From: Desulfomonilia bacterium
GTDB taxonomy: Bacteria > Desulfobacterota > Desulfomonilia > UBA1062
Length of the DNA stretch: 64,000 nucleotides
Direction of reading: 5' to 3'
Assembly (NCBI GenBank): GCA_050014195.1
Contig: JBEKDT010000002.1
Span: forward strand, 320,001-384,000
The translations under genes were made by a program, and so were the position numbers. Of this stretch, positions 13,447 to 22,926 are shown piece after piece (the stretch's first letter is position 1; every line of letters starts with the position of its first letter). The notes below the pieces were generated by a model. That model made no database searches. It had not been told where the DNA came from and was given only the letters and a program-made list of their open reading frames with translations.

Positions 13447-14746
13447 CCTTATTCTCCTCAATCCTGTCCACCTCTACTATGGTGGAATTGGCTATGATAT
13501 AATCATACACCTTATGCTCCAAGATGCCAAATCTCATCTCTTCCAAACTTCCCCTTTCTTCAAAGCTCTTCCTTACAGCATCAGGGGTCATAGAGTACTT
13601 TTCGGCCATTGATGCAATTTCCTTTTCCAAATCTTCATCAGTGGCCTCAATGGCATTTGCCTTCGCAATGGCCTCTATAAGCAGTGTCGTCTTTACGAGC
13701 TTCTCAGCTGATGTCATGGTCTCTTCCCTTAAGGCCTCACCGTCGGGATATATATCCTGCATCCTGATACCCTGCGACGAAAGCCTTTGAGATATTCCCT
13801 GGAGCATCATAATGGCCTGATACCTTACCATGGACTCGGGCACATCAAACTTGTTTGCCTCCATGAGCCCCTCTGAAAGCTGTCTCTCCATGTAAGCCCT
13901 GGCATCGGCTTCAAGCCGCCCGATAAGATCCTCCCGGACGGCATTATTGAGCTCATCCATGTTCTGTACGTCCTTATGAACCATCTTGGCGAATTCGTCA
14001 TCCAGCTCCGGCAATTCCTTTTGCTTTATTCCATGGACCTGAATCTTGATATGGGCGGTTTTGCCCCTCATGTCTTCCAGAAAATGGGCCTCAGGAAAGG
14101 TGATGTCCGCCTCTTTGGCATCTCCGGCCTTAAGCCCCAGGACCTCGTTCTCAAGTCCCGGAAATGCGCTCCGGACACCGGCCTCGATCGTAATCTTCTC
14201 GCGATTCAGCTTATCGTTTTCATCGCATGAGAGGTTAACGATGGCATAGTCACCTTTATTTACGATATATTCTGGGTCATCCACGTCCTTTACCGAGGCA
14301 TAGGTCTCCTGCAGCTTGGTAATGACGTCATTAATGTTCTTATCTTCCACTGCGATCTTCGGCTTTTTTAACTCAAAGCCCGTATATACCTGGGGGGTAA
14401 CTTCCGGTTTCACATCAAACTTGGCAGAAAATGTGAAATCCTCATTTTCTTTCGGCGGCTCGTTCTCGAACTCCGGGATAGAAACGACCAACAGGTTCTG
14501 TTCTTTTGCCGACTCTTCGAATTTCTCGCGGACAAGCTTGCGTGAAAGCTCGTTTACAATATAATCCTGATAGTACATCTTGATGACATGTCTTGGGGCC
14601 TTTCCCTTTCTGAAACCTTTTATTGCAACACCCTGGGCGATATCCCGGTAGATCTCTTCCGTAACAGCGGTGACTTCCTCTTTGGGTATGAACACCCTCA
14701 TCTGCTTTTTAATGCTGTCAACATCAATAATTTCGACCTTCATCAT
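13409..14746 (-). CDS. tig: Trigger factor
   Basis: GFRKGKAP ribosome-binding motif, FKBP-like middle domain, tig-clpP-clpX-lon synteny. Confidence 0.95.
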   Translation of the reverse strand: MMKVEIIDVDSIKKQMRVFIPKEEVTAVTEEIYRDIAQGVAIKGFRKGKAPRHVIKMYYQDYIVNELSRKLVREKFEESAKEQNLLVVSIPEFENEPPKENEDFTFSAKFDVKPEVTPQVYTGFELKKPKIAVEDKNINDVITKLQETYASVKDVDDPEYIVNKGDYAIVNLSCDENDKLNREKITIEAGVRSAFPGLENEVLGLKAGDAKEADITFPEAHFLEDMRGKTAHIKIQVHGIKQKELPELDDEFAKMVHKDVQNMDELNNAVREDLIGRLEADARAYMERQLSEGLMEANKFDVPESMVRYQAIMMLQGISQRLSSQGIRMQDIYPDGEALREETMTSAEKLVKTTLLIEAIAKANAIEATDEDLEKEIASMAEKYSMTPDAVRKSFEERGSLEEMRFGILEHKVYDYIIANSTIVEVDRIEENKDDTGPDSSGTNE

Positions 14747-14800
14747 GAATCCTTTCTCTATAAGCCTTTCGTGGCTATTCCTTTCTCATGTATCACATAT

Positions 14801-15556
14801 TCAGGTCAATGGCTTTTTCTGTAGTGTTAGGCCCTGGAAGACTCTCTCCATATCTTTATGATATGTGTCATCTTCATTGAATACGATCAAAGGGGGACCG
14901 ATGGTAAACTCCTTGCCCCCGTCACGCACCCCACACATCAGACAGATCTCGGATGTACTTTTCAGTGATGTGTAGACACTTCTCATATGTTTTGGCTCGA
15001 TCCGTCTTGTGCGCATGGCACAGATAAGGTCGGGAATCCGCCATGCCGGATATACAATATAAAATCTTCCGAAGGGTCGCAAGAGCCCATATGATTTCTT
15101 GAGCAATGCATCAAGATCCAGCGATATCTCGTGCCTTGCTATGGCCTTTGATCTGTTGGGGTTGATCCTTCCTGTATCAATGGGCCTGTAAGGGGGGTTC
15201 GTTACTACTGCATCAACACTTGGTCCGGAATATTCTTTGATATCGCAGCAGACGATCCTGACATTGTCCGACAGGTTGGACCGCTCAATGGATCGCATGG
15301 ACATCTCCACCAGGGTATCCTGGACCTCCACGCCGGTTACATGTAGCCCCTTCACTGCTGCCAGAAGTATGGAGACAACCCCTGATCCGGATCCGATCTC
15401 GAGTACTTCCGTCCCCGGGGCCTCTTCTACGAAGGCACCAAGCAGGTAGGCATCGAGGGAATACCGGTATCCCTTCTTTTTCTGCAGGATGGATAGGTTG
15501 CACCCTGAAAGGGTGTCGAGTGTCTCATCATTTCTCGGTCTGTAATTTTTCTTCAT
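14801..15556 (-). CDS. tRNA1(Val) A37 N6-methyltransferase family (TrmN6/YfiC-like)
   Basis: Q...GYRYSLDAYLL, EIGSGSG, NPPY, ARHE. Confidence 0.85.
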   Translation of the reverse strand: MKKNYRPRNDETLDTLSGCNLSILQKKKGYRYSLDAYLLGAFVEEAPGTEVLEIGSGSGVVSILLAAVKGLHVTGVEVQDTLVEMSMRSIERSNLSDNVRIVCCDIKEYSGPSVDAVVTNPPYRPIDTGRINPNRSKAIARHEISLDLDALLKKSYGLLRPFGRFYIVYPAWRIPDLICAMRTRRIEPKHMRSVYTSLKSTSEICLMCGVRDGGKEFTIGPPLIVFNEDDTYHKDMERVFQGLTLQKKPLT

Positions 15557-15611
15557 CCATCCATTACACTGCCGGATATCTCTTCAAGGATTTTGTACCT
15601 GACACAGGTGT

Positions 15612-16322
15612 CTATTCAGGTATAAGATCCTCAAATAGGCTTGGAGCCATGGCCATGACGTCATTGAACATAAGATATGCCAGGCGTCTGATCTCCCATT
15701 CAGCGGATTTTTCCAGGCGAAGCTCAAAGAAATGCCGTAAAGAACGGGCATTGACATAGACATAAGCAGCCGTGGACCACCCCACGGGCATGAGCCTTCT
15801 CAGCTCCTGGTTGCGCACCCCGAGTGACTGGAGCTCTTCATAGACCTCCATGGCATGCTTGTGCTCCCGGTCATAGGCCTCATAGACTTTCCTTACCTGG
15901 TCTTCGGATTCGATGTACTCCATTGCCGGGTAGATGAACAAATTCTTATTGGCCTTCACATACCTCGTGGAACGGAAGGTCCACCCGATACCGATGCGGT
16001 GACGGGTCCATTGGCCGGCCAGAGACTTGGATACGCCGGTCACATAGTAGACAAACTGCACGGCCTCAAGGCAGGTATGGTGGCCCCATGAGATAAGCTT
16101 TTTATTAAGCCTCAGGTCGTCCTCGTGGGTGCCTTCGGACTCATGGCTTTGCCTGGCTGTATAGGCAGGCAGCGTCTCGATCGTGACACCCTGGGATGCA
16201 ATTTCTTCGATCGGCGTTGTTACACCGATGAGCTTTATCATGGGCTCTTCGTTTCTAAAGAGACTCTGCCTGAGATGTCTCCACCTTTCAATGTGTTCCA
16301 GCTCATGATTAAAATACTTCAA
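15612..16322 (-). CDS. thyX: Flavin-dependent thymidylate synthase
   Basis: GHHTCLE, RHR-X8-STRY, NARSLRHFFELR...AEWEIR. Confidence 0.9.
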   Translation of the reverse strand: MKYFNHELEHIERWRHLRQSLFRNEEPMIKLIGVTTPIEEIASQGVTIETLPAYTARQSHESEGTHEDDLRLNKKLISWGHHTCLEAVQFVYYVTGVSKSLAGQWTRHRIGIGWTFRSTRYVKANKNLFIYPAMEYIESEDQVRKVYEAYDREHKHAMEVYEELQSLGVRNQELRRLMPVGWSTAAYVYVNARSLRHFFELRLEKSAEWEIRRLAYLMFNDVMAMAPSLFEDLIPE

Positions 16323-16903
16323 AATGGTCTCTCCTCCTCGCCATTTGTTGAAACCCTGTCACCCTGCCACACACCCCTGTAAGGTACTGCCTTACCCTCA
16401 ATGGGGAAAAAGGCAATGCACAGGATGCGGAACCCCATCTGAATCTCCACCTCCATGAGCCCTTGATGCTTCATACCTACCGTGAGCTTCCCCTGATAGT
16501 TGGGAGATATAAAAGCCGTTTCCAGAGGGATGCCTGAACGGATCAGCGTCGTTCGCGGCCTGATATAAGCAAAAAGATCACCCGGCAAATTAATCTGCTC
16601 AATGGTCTGGAATAGCAGGTATTCACCCGGCTTGACAACGAACACCCCATCAGGAGAATCGATGATGTCCATGAGTTTCTCTATCTGAGGGGTGACCCTG
16701 CTGTCCCGCATGAGACGAGCAGCGCCTACGGGCCTGTATATGGCTCCCAGCCTTAGGTCCACGGTAGTACCCTCAATGCCGTCAATCTGGTCAGAGTCGA
16801 GATACTCGACAAGGGGTTTCTTTACACTTTTACCCGAAATATGATCTTCCACGCCAACACCGCCGCGGACCATCTCGATGATCCTGTCAGCCCCCAATAC
16901 CAT
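16319..16903 (-). CDS. Trimeric dCTP deaminase/dUTPase-family protein (possibly dUTPase)
   Basis: VDLRL, PGEY, PRTTLIRSG, SPNYQG, YRG.WQG; no Glu at the Dcd catalytic position. Confidence 0.8.
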   Translation of the reverse strand: MVLGADRIIEMVRGGVGVEDHISGKSVKKPLVEYLDSDQIDGIEGTTVDLRLGAIYRPVGAARLMRDSRVTPQIEKLMDIIDSPDGVFVVKPGEYLLFQTIEQINLPGDLFAYIRPRTTLIRSGIPLETAFISPNYQGKLTVGMKHQGLMEVEIQMGFRILCIAFFPIEGKAVPYRGVWQGDRVSTNGEEERPF

Positions 16904-17440
16904 CTACAACCTCCTCTTCGATGTGTCTGAACTCATGAATAGTAAGGCATTCTCCATTGTCTCATCATGGATAATAATCTGTTCAACCGTCGTGCGGCTT
17001 AAGGAAAGCACATCCTTCCAGTATTGGTCGCGCTCAGGGATGGGCGAGTCATAGGGATGCTCGTAGACTACCCTGGTGATGCCAGACATCACGATAAGCT
17101 TTGAGCAGGTGATACAAGGCTCGAGCGTGCAATATATGGTTGATCCCTCGAGGCTGACCCCTTTTTTTGCTGCCAGTGATATGGCATTGGCCTCTGCATG
17201 GGCAGACCTGCACATATCATACTTCATGGCCTCGGGCCACTTGAGCGACCTCCGGAAACAAACCCTATCATCCATGCAGTGTTTTTGGCCCGGAAGAGAG
17301 CCGTTATAGCCTGTTGTAATGACCTGCTTGTCATTTACCACCACTGCACCAGTAGGCCTTGACAGACACGTTGAGCGTGATGCGGCAAGCTTGGCCAGCA
17401 TCATGAAATATTCATCCCACGAAGGTCTCTTCTGATTCAT
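16904..17440 (-). CDS. dCMP deaminase (ComEB-like)
   Basis: RPSWDEYFM, TGYNG, HAEANA, EPCITC; start set at MNQKRP. Confidence 0.92.
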   Translation of the reverse strand: MNQKRPSWDEYFMMLAKLAASRSTCLSRPTGAVVVNDKQVITTGYNGSLPGQKHCMDDRVCFRRSLKWPEAMKYDMCRSAHAEANAISLAAKKGVSLEGSTIYCTLEPCITCSKLIVMSGITRVVYEHPYDSPIPERDQYWKDVLSLSRTTVEQIIIHDETMENALLFMSSDTSKRRL

Positions 17441-17648
17441 ACCGGCAGCCTCAAAACTTCTGATTATTAACCAACAGGTGGGCTCCATATAATACGAAGT
17501 CCTTGAACCTGTAAAGAATCAACAGGTACATTCCCATTAATAACTCACCATACCATGGACAAAGTCCTGACCATGCTATAAATATAATCATAAATAGGCT
17601 TTTTCGCCATGATGAACAAGAAATTTCGGATCATCAGAAGGTGCGTGA

Positions 17649-18953
17649 ATGCTTGATGTAATCATCATCGGTGCAGGGTATGGCGGCATGGGCGTTGCAG
17701 CACTCCTTGCACGGTCGGGGCTCAAGATCATTGTTATTGAACAGTCAGCACTTATTGGTGGAAGGGCCAGCTATTTCACCGATGAGGACGGATACCGATG
17801 GGAATACGGAGCCCACTCCCATCGACTGGCTGAAAAGGGCATTGCCAACCAGCTATTTCTGCGTCTCAATGATGAGATTACCTTCATCCCAAGGGCAAAC
17901 GATTCAAAACTCATTTATAAAAACCAGCTCTGGGACAGGCCCGAGGGACCGATCGGCTATATGAAGACACCCATGCTCTCTCTGATCGGGAGATTAAACC
18001 TGTTACGGCTTTTAGTAAAAATAAAACGGTCTGATCCCGGGCAGTGGTTTGACAGGACACTGGCCGATTTCTTTCACACATATTTCACGAACAGTGAGAT
18101 TGAAGAAATACTGCCGCTGCTCGGTATGTCAGTTATGTGCCCGTATCCTGCCAAGGTCAGTGCCGGAGAGGTGATCGACTTTGTCAAACGGATGCTTACA
18201 GCTGGTGTCAGCGTTGGGGAGCCTGTAGGCGGATCTTCCCAGATATTCAAAAAGCTTCAGTTCCATGTGGAATCAGGTGGTAAAATTCATACTGAAGAAA
18301 AGGCGGCTGCGCTCATTATCGAACAAGGGGTAATCAAGGGTATCAAAACCAACAAGGGAGTCTATGAAACACAGCGGGTAATTTTCGCCGCGCGTCTACC
18401 CCTGCTCTTTGATCTTGCAGATAAGAACCTCTTTCCCAAAGAATTCGTGGCATACTGCGATTCTATAGAGAACAGCTCCTGTCTGAGCTTTGACTTCATC
18501 ACCAACTATCCCGTCACCGACATCAAAGGCGGTATCCTGGGCATTGATATCCCCGTCTGGGCCCGTTTCCAGACAAACTCGGATCCAAGCTTTACCCCGC
18601 AGGGTAAGTATCTTTCCACCTGGGGGATCATGCTGCCCTGGGGATTCAATGGAGACCCTGAGGTGGTAAAGGCTACTGAGAAGAAGCTTAAGATCACCAT
18701 CGCCCTTCTCTTCCCCCACCTGCTACCCAACCTGATCAAGGAACGCAGGCTCATTATACAGATAATGAATGGTAACGTCCTAACCCCCCGACATGCCAAG
18801 CCGCACAGACCCGATGTAGTGAGCGACTCCATAAAGGGGCTCTATTTTGTGGGTGATACTGTTCGGGGTGACGGCTGCTCTGGAGATATAAGCTTTTCTT
18901 CTGCCATGAAGGTCTCTGATATGATCCTCTCTGAAATGGGCCGGCATACTTGA
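17649..18953 (+). CDS. FAD-dependent oxidoreductase, phytoene-desaturase/amine-oxidase superfamily
   Basis: IIGAGYGG, IGGRA, C-terminal GLYFVGD. Confidence 0.85.
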   Translation: MLDVIIIGAGYGGMGVAALLARSGLKIIVIEQSALIGGRASYFTDEDGYRWEYGAHSHRLAEKGIANQLFLRLNDEITFIPRANDSKLIYKNQLWDRPEGPIGYMKTPMLSLIGRLNLLRLLVKIKRSDPGQWFDRTLADFFHTYFTNSEIEEILPLLGMSVMCPYPAKVSAGEVIDFVKRMLTAGVSVGEPVGGSSQIFKKLQFHVESGGKIHTEEKAAALIIEQGVIKGIKTNKGVYETQRVIFAARLPLLFDLADKNLFPKEFVAYCDSIENSSCLSFDFITNYPVTDIKGGILGIDIPVWARFQTNSDPSFTPQGKYLSTWGIMLPWGFNGDPEVVKATEKKLKITIALLFPHLLPNLIKERRLIIQIMNGNVLTPRHAKPHRPDVVSDSIKGLYFVGDTVRGDGCSGDISFSSAMKVSDMILSEMGRHT

Positions 18954-18996
18954 CCCCGAACCGTAACCAAATGCATCTCATGAAAGGACTATCCCC

Positions 18997-19680
18997 ATGG
19001 GCCAGATAGCGGCTTTCTTCGACATGGACCACACAATCACCTGGAAGAATTCGGGCCTGTCATCAGTGCAGTACGCCCGCAAGCATGGGATGGTCCCCTT
19101 GGGCTTTCTTCTGCTGGGAATACTCAAGATTGGCCTCTATCGGCTTTCTCTGCTGAACATCGAGGAATGGTATGAGCGGAACATGGGGCTCCTTTCCGGA
19201 TTGAGCCTTGCGGATATGGATCGATTTTCACAAGGTTGGTTCGAGGTCGCGATCAGGAAGTCTATTTACCGGGAGGCGGTAGAACTCATACGCCAGCATC
19301 AGATTAAAGGTCACCGTCTTGTTATCATCTCCAACTCCCCTCCCTTTTTTGTGAAGCCCCTGGCCGATGCACTTGACATCAATGAAATCATCACATCAAA
19401 AGTTGAAATGAAAGACGGCATTCTCACAGGCAAGCTCATCAAGCCCCTGTGTTATGGAAAGGGGAAAAAGGAATATGCCTTCAATTGGGCCAATGAAGAG
19501 AATATCGACCTTTCACAAAGCTATTTCTACACGGATTCATTCTATGACATTGATCTCCTGTATGAAGTAGGTTTTCCGGTAGCGACAAATCCAGATAGAA
19601 AACTCAGACAGGCAGCCTTGAAGAATAACTGGAAAGTCTTGGTTTTTAAAAGAGAACCAGCGTTTTTAGAAAATCGATGA
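18997..19680 (+). CDS. HAD-IB family phosphatase (SerB-like)
   Basis: FFDMDHT, ISNS, YTDSFYD, NPD. Confidence 0.9.
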   Translation: MGQIAAFFDMDHTITWKNSGLSSVQYARKHGMVPLGFLLLGILKIGLYRLSLLNIEEWYERNMGLLSGLSLADMDRFSQGWFEVAIRKSIYREAVELIRQHQIKGHRLVIISNSPPFFVKPLADALDINEIITSKVEMKDGILTGKLIKPLCYGKGKKEYAFNWANEENIDLSQSYFYTDSFYDIDLLYEVGFPVATNPDRKLRQAALKNNWKVLVFKREPAFLENR

Positions 19681-19695
19681 GTATGAGTTTGAAAG

Positions 19696-19736
19696 GAAAT
19701 ACGGACCGAGGCATGTCGCCTGCGGCCCGCTATTTC
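19696..19736 (-). terminator. Terminator of the HMGR-like/DUF2156 unit
   Basis: - strand GCGGGCCG-C-AGGC-loop-GCCT-CGGTCCGT followed by ATTTCCTTTC. Confidence 0.6.
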
Positions 19737-19749
19737 ATTAACAAAACAA

Positions 19750-20817
19750 TTACAGGATATTAGAAATCATGAACACCGTGAGCATGGACTTCGATGGCAG
19801 TATTTCTCGGTGTGCACAGAATGTCTTTTGCACTGCTCCATCAAACCTGGACTTGGTGAAGTATAATCCCTTGAAGCTGTATATCATGTTCCCAAACTTA
19901 TAGAGCAATCGGATAACCATCTTCAGGAGCTTTGACTCGCAGGGCTCATCCTGATCATCCACAACCGCCGGGCAAAGGCCGAGGTGCAAATACTTCACAC
20001 CCTCTTTCTTGAAGACCTCCATGGCATGGCACATGAGGGGATAGAAGATCCCCTGCTTGAACTTGTTGCTGAACCGGGAGATGTTGGGCACATAGCTGAC
20101 TACCTTGCCGTCCTTATAGAGCGGATCGAAGCAGATAAAGCCTACGAGTTCTCCATCATGGTATGCACAGAACTTTCTTGTACCTTCCTGGTATTCTTGG
20201 TCCATGGGGCGGATGAGAAAAACGACCTCGCGGTTTCTGACCTTGCGGGTCTTGAGCCATTCCTTGGTGAGCTGGTGGCACCCATCTTCTGAACAGTTCT
20301 CTTCTATCGTCACGCCCTCTTTCTTGGCATGATTTACCGATGTCCTCATGACCTGCTTCTTCTTGCCCTTGAGATCCCATTTCTCAAGATCAACGACTGA
20401 TTCGATACCAAACTGGGTCGCGTAATACCCGAACTTTTCATGAAGAAATTCTCCCATGCCCTGAGAGATCTGGATAAAGGCCGTGTTTGTCCTATCCTTG
20501 AGAAACTCCCGGATGAGGAGTTCTCTATCTTTCACATCACAGACAGGGTCAGCAAGGACAAATCGCGTACCCCATTTCTTCCTGAAGGTGATGAACCCGA
20601 CCCCTGACATATCGAAAAAGTGCATTTCTGGTTGCAGCATTGAAAAGGACAGGCAGTGATCACCGTATTTCCTGAGATAGGAGATCCTCTCATCAAATGT
20701 GAAGACATCAATCCCTGTACGGGTCCCGGGTCTATAATCATCTATGGAGATAACCTTGGCTGGGAAGAACTCCCCTGGACTATCTACGAGTGGTTTTACC
20801 TGCGCCATGGTACTCAT
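19750..20817 (-). CDS. Stand-alone DUF2156 / phosphatidylglycerol lysyltransferase C-terminal-like (aa-tRNA-dependent transferase) protein
   Basis: LADPVC, FGIESVVDL..WDLKGKK, LVGFICFDP, LHLGLCP, YSFKGLYFTKSRF; no TM flippase domain. Confidence 0.85.
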   Translation of the reverse strand: MSTMAQVKPLVDSPGEFFPAKVISIDDYRPGTRTGIDVFTFDERISYLRKYGDHCLSFSMLQPEMHFFDMSGVGFITFRKKWGTRFVLADPVCDVKDRELLIREFLKDRTNTAFIQISQGMGEFLHEKFGYYATQFGIESVVDLEKWDLKGKKKQVMRTSVNHAKKEGVTIEENCSEDGCHQLTKEWLKTRKVRNREVVFLIRPMDQEYQEGTRKFCAYHDGELVGFICFDPLYKDGKVVSYVPNISRFSNKFKQGIFYPLMCHAMEVFKKEGVKYLHLGLCPAVVDDQDEPCESKLLKMVIRLLYKFGNMIYSFKGLYFTKSRFDGAVQKTFCAHREILPSKSMLTVFMISNIL

Positions 20818-20853
20818 ATATTCATCTCTCCTTTTTTGTTATCCGTTCATGTC

Positions 20854-22461
20854 CTAGCGATTTTTCCCGAAACGCTCATGGCTTGTAACCCAATCCAGTG
20901 ACGAGAGCGCACCAGCTAGCGAGATCTCTCCAGCCATCACTACGGCAGCTGCGATCTCGGCAAGCTTAAGAACCTTGCCTTGTCCGTAACAACCGAGAAT
21001 CTCCAGACATTCTTTTTGTGTAGGAAGGCCGGTACCGCCGCCGTGGGTTGCCACGATGAGGGAAGGAAGCGTTATGGAGGCATAGAGGTCCCCTTCCGGT
21101 GTAATCTCTGTATAGATAAGCGTGGTAGTGGATTCGGCCACATTGGCCACATCCTGTCCTGTGGCAATGAACAATGCCGTCAGCGCGTTTGCCGCATGGA
21201 GTGCATTGCTCGATGAACCTGCCATGAAGGAGCCTAGGCTGGCTACCCTGCAGAGATGATCAAGCGTCTCGGGATCCACCCGCATATGCTGGATCATGAC
21301 CTCTCGCGGAATAACGATCTCCGCCGTGACTCTCTTCCCCCGTGTGTTCATGGTATTGATCAAGGATGCCTTCTTATCGGTGGCGAAGTTCGATTCCATA
21401 TAGAAATGGCGGACCGTATTTACCTGGGAGAGGATCCAGCTGCATGCCGTAAAGGTGGCCATGCTCACCATGTTCTGCCCTGCTGCATCGCCTGTGAAAT
21501 AATTGAATCGCAGGTAGATGAACTTGCTCGCCTGGTACCTTTCTATATTGAGAAGCTTTGCAACCTTGGAGCAAGACTCAGCCTGCCCCTTGATTTCATC
21601 CATATGCTCATCGAGCCATGTCACGAAGTCCCTGGCCTCTCTGGCTGATTCGAATGCGAATGCAGGGGCCCTTTGCATGCGGTCTTCAACAACGGTGACA
21701 GTAACACCGCCGCACATATTGATGATTTTCATGCCCCGATTATAGGATGCAACCAATGTCCCTTCACTGGCGCACAAGGGGATGAGGAACTCGCCTTTGG
21801 CATGTTCGCCATTGACCTTCAACGGTCCGGCAAATCCGAGGGGGATTTGTGCCACACCGGTAAAGTTTTCGATATTCCCTTTTGTTACGGCAGGATCAAA
21901 GGAATGATGCTTTACATGATGAAGGTGAACGCCGGTATACTCTTCCACGAAATCCTGGCGCTGACGGACGATATCCATGTCGTAATTGTTCTGCTTGTCG
22001 CATGGTATTTTTTTCTGTGTTGACCTGGTCTCAATAACCGAGTCTGTGGCTTCCAGATCCAGTATGCCGTAAGGATCGGTATTGCAGGATATGATGATCT
22101 GATGTTCGACATTTTTTGCAAGGGCGATTGCCTGTGCATGAAACTCTACATCCATGCCCATGGGGAAAGGAAGAGCCTGGTCCTGGTTTATCTCGCTGGC
22201 CTTGAGTCTTGTTCCGTTATTCCTCATGGTCACATCATCAAGGGGGATTTCAAGTCCATTGATGATGAGGCCGGAAACGCCTGTAATGATAGCGTCTTTC
22301 ATGGGATTTTTGATGTTGAATGATACACCGTCTTCGACATTCTTCAGGCTTCCAATAGAATAGATCTTTTTCATGATGAGCGGAGATATCGTTACATGAC
22401 TCTTGGGTTCCGATGCCCTCGTGATGGATACAAGCCTTGGTTCTGTCGTTGTATTTCTCAT
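20854..22461 (-). CDS. Class I HMG-CoA reductase-like enzyme with an extra N-terminal domain
   Basis: ENFTG, SEGTLVAS, GDAAGQNM, NFATDKK, GQD, GGGT, C-terminal SHER; start set at MRNTTTE after GAAAGG. Confidence 0.9.
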   Translation of the reverse strand: MRNTTTEPRLVSITRASEPKSHVTISPLIMKKIYSIGSLKNVEDGVSFNIKNPMKDAIITGVSGLIINGLEIPLDDVTMRNNGTRLKASEINQDQALPFPMGMDVEFHAQAIALAKNVEHQIIISCNTDPYGILDLEATDSVIETRSTQKKIPCDKQNNYDMDIVRQRQDFVEEYTGVHLHHVKHHSFDPAVTKGNIENFTGVAQIPLGFAGPLKVNGEHAKGEFLIPLCASEGTLVASYNRGMKIINMCGGVTVTVVEDRMQRAPAFAFESAREARDFVTWLDEHMDEIKGQAESCSKVAKLLNIERYQASKFIYLRFNYFTGDAAGQNMVSMATFTACSWILSQVNTVRHFYMESNFATDKKASLINTMNTRGKRVTAEIVIPREVMIQHMRVDPETLDHLCRVASLGSFMAGSSSNALHAANALTALFIATGQDVANVAESTTTLIYTEITPEGDLYASITLPSLIVATHGGGTGLPTQKECLEILGCYGQGKVLKLAEIAAAVVMAGEISLAGALSSLDWVTSHERFGKNR

Positions 22462-22926
22462 TGTCCTTTTCCTTTCATTGAATCTGGAATATATTCCAAT
22501 TTGCCGATTGCCGGTTATTCCATAGAGAGATCTTGACCATACGTATTGATAATCACGAAACGTGCCAAGATTGGGCAAATAAATTACGAAACTACCCCCA
22601 GTTGAATATCAGGGGTTGTCTAGTATTTATTTTATCATATTTAGTTATTTCAATCAGTTATGAAACATTATACTGGTGGATAATATTTTGTTATGTGTAT
22701 TATTTTTCCACTATTCGAAGAAAAGCTTTTCCTGGGAATTATTCTCAGGGCTTATTTCCCCGGGCTAGGATTCAAGGATGATACCAGTCATGATAGAAAA
22801 AATCATAATGGTTTACCAAGCGAAGATTAAACTGCTATGAAAAATAGCAACAAGTATTCGTAGGGGTGGTTCAATATTCAATGCCAGCGTAATGGTGCCC
22901 ATAACGGTAAACGAAAAGATATTCTT

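Noticed and set aside
16901-16906. TAG immediately followed in frame by ATG between the dCMP deaminase and Dcd/Dut-like genes (possible amber/pyrrolysine readthrough fusion)
   Set aside because: A strong AGGAGG SD precedes the second ATG and both proteins are complete, so ordinary translational coupling explains it.
16319-17440. Nucleotide-depleting anti-phage deaminase system
   Set aside because: No kinase/P-loop fusion or defence context; linkage to thyX indicates dTMP synthesis.
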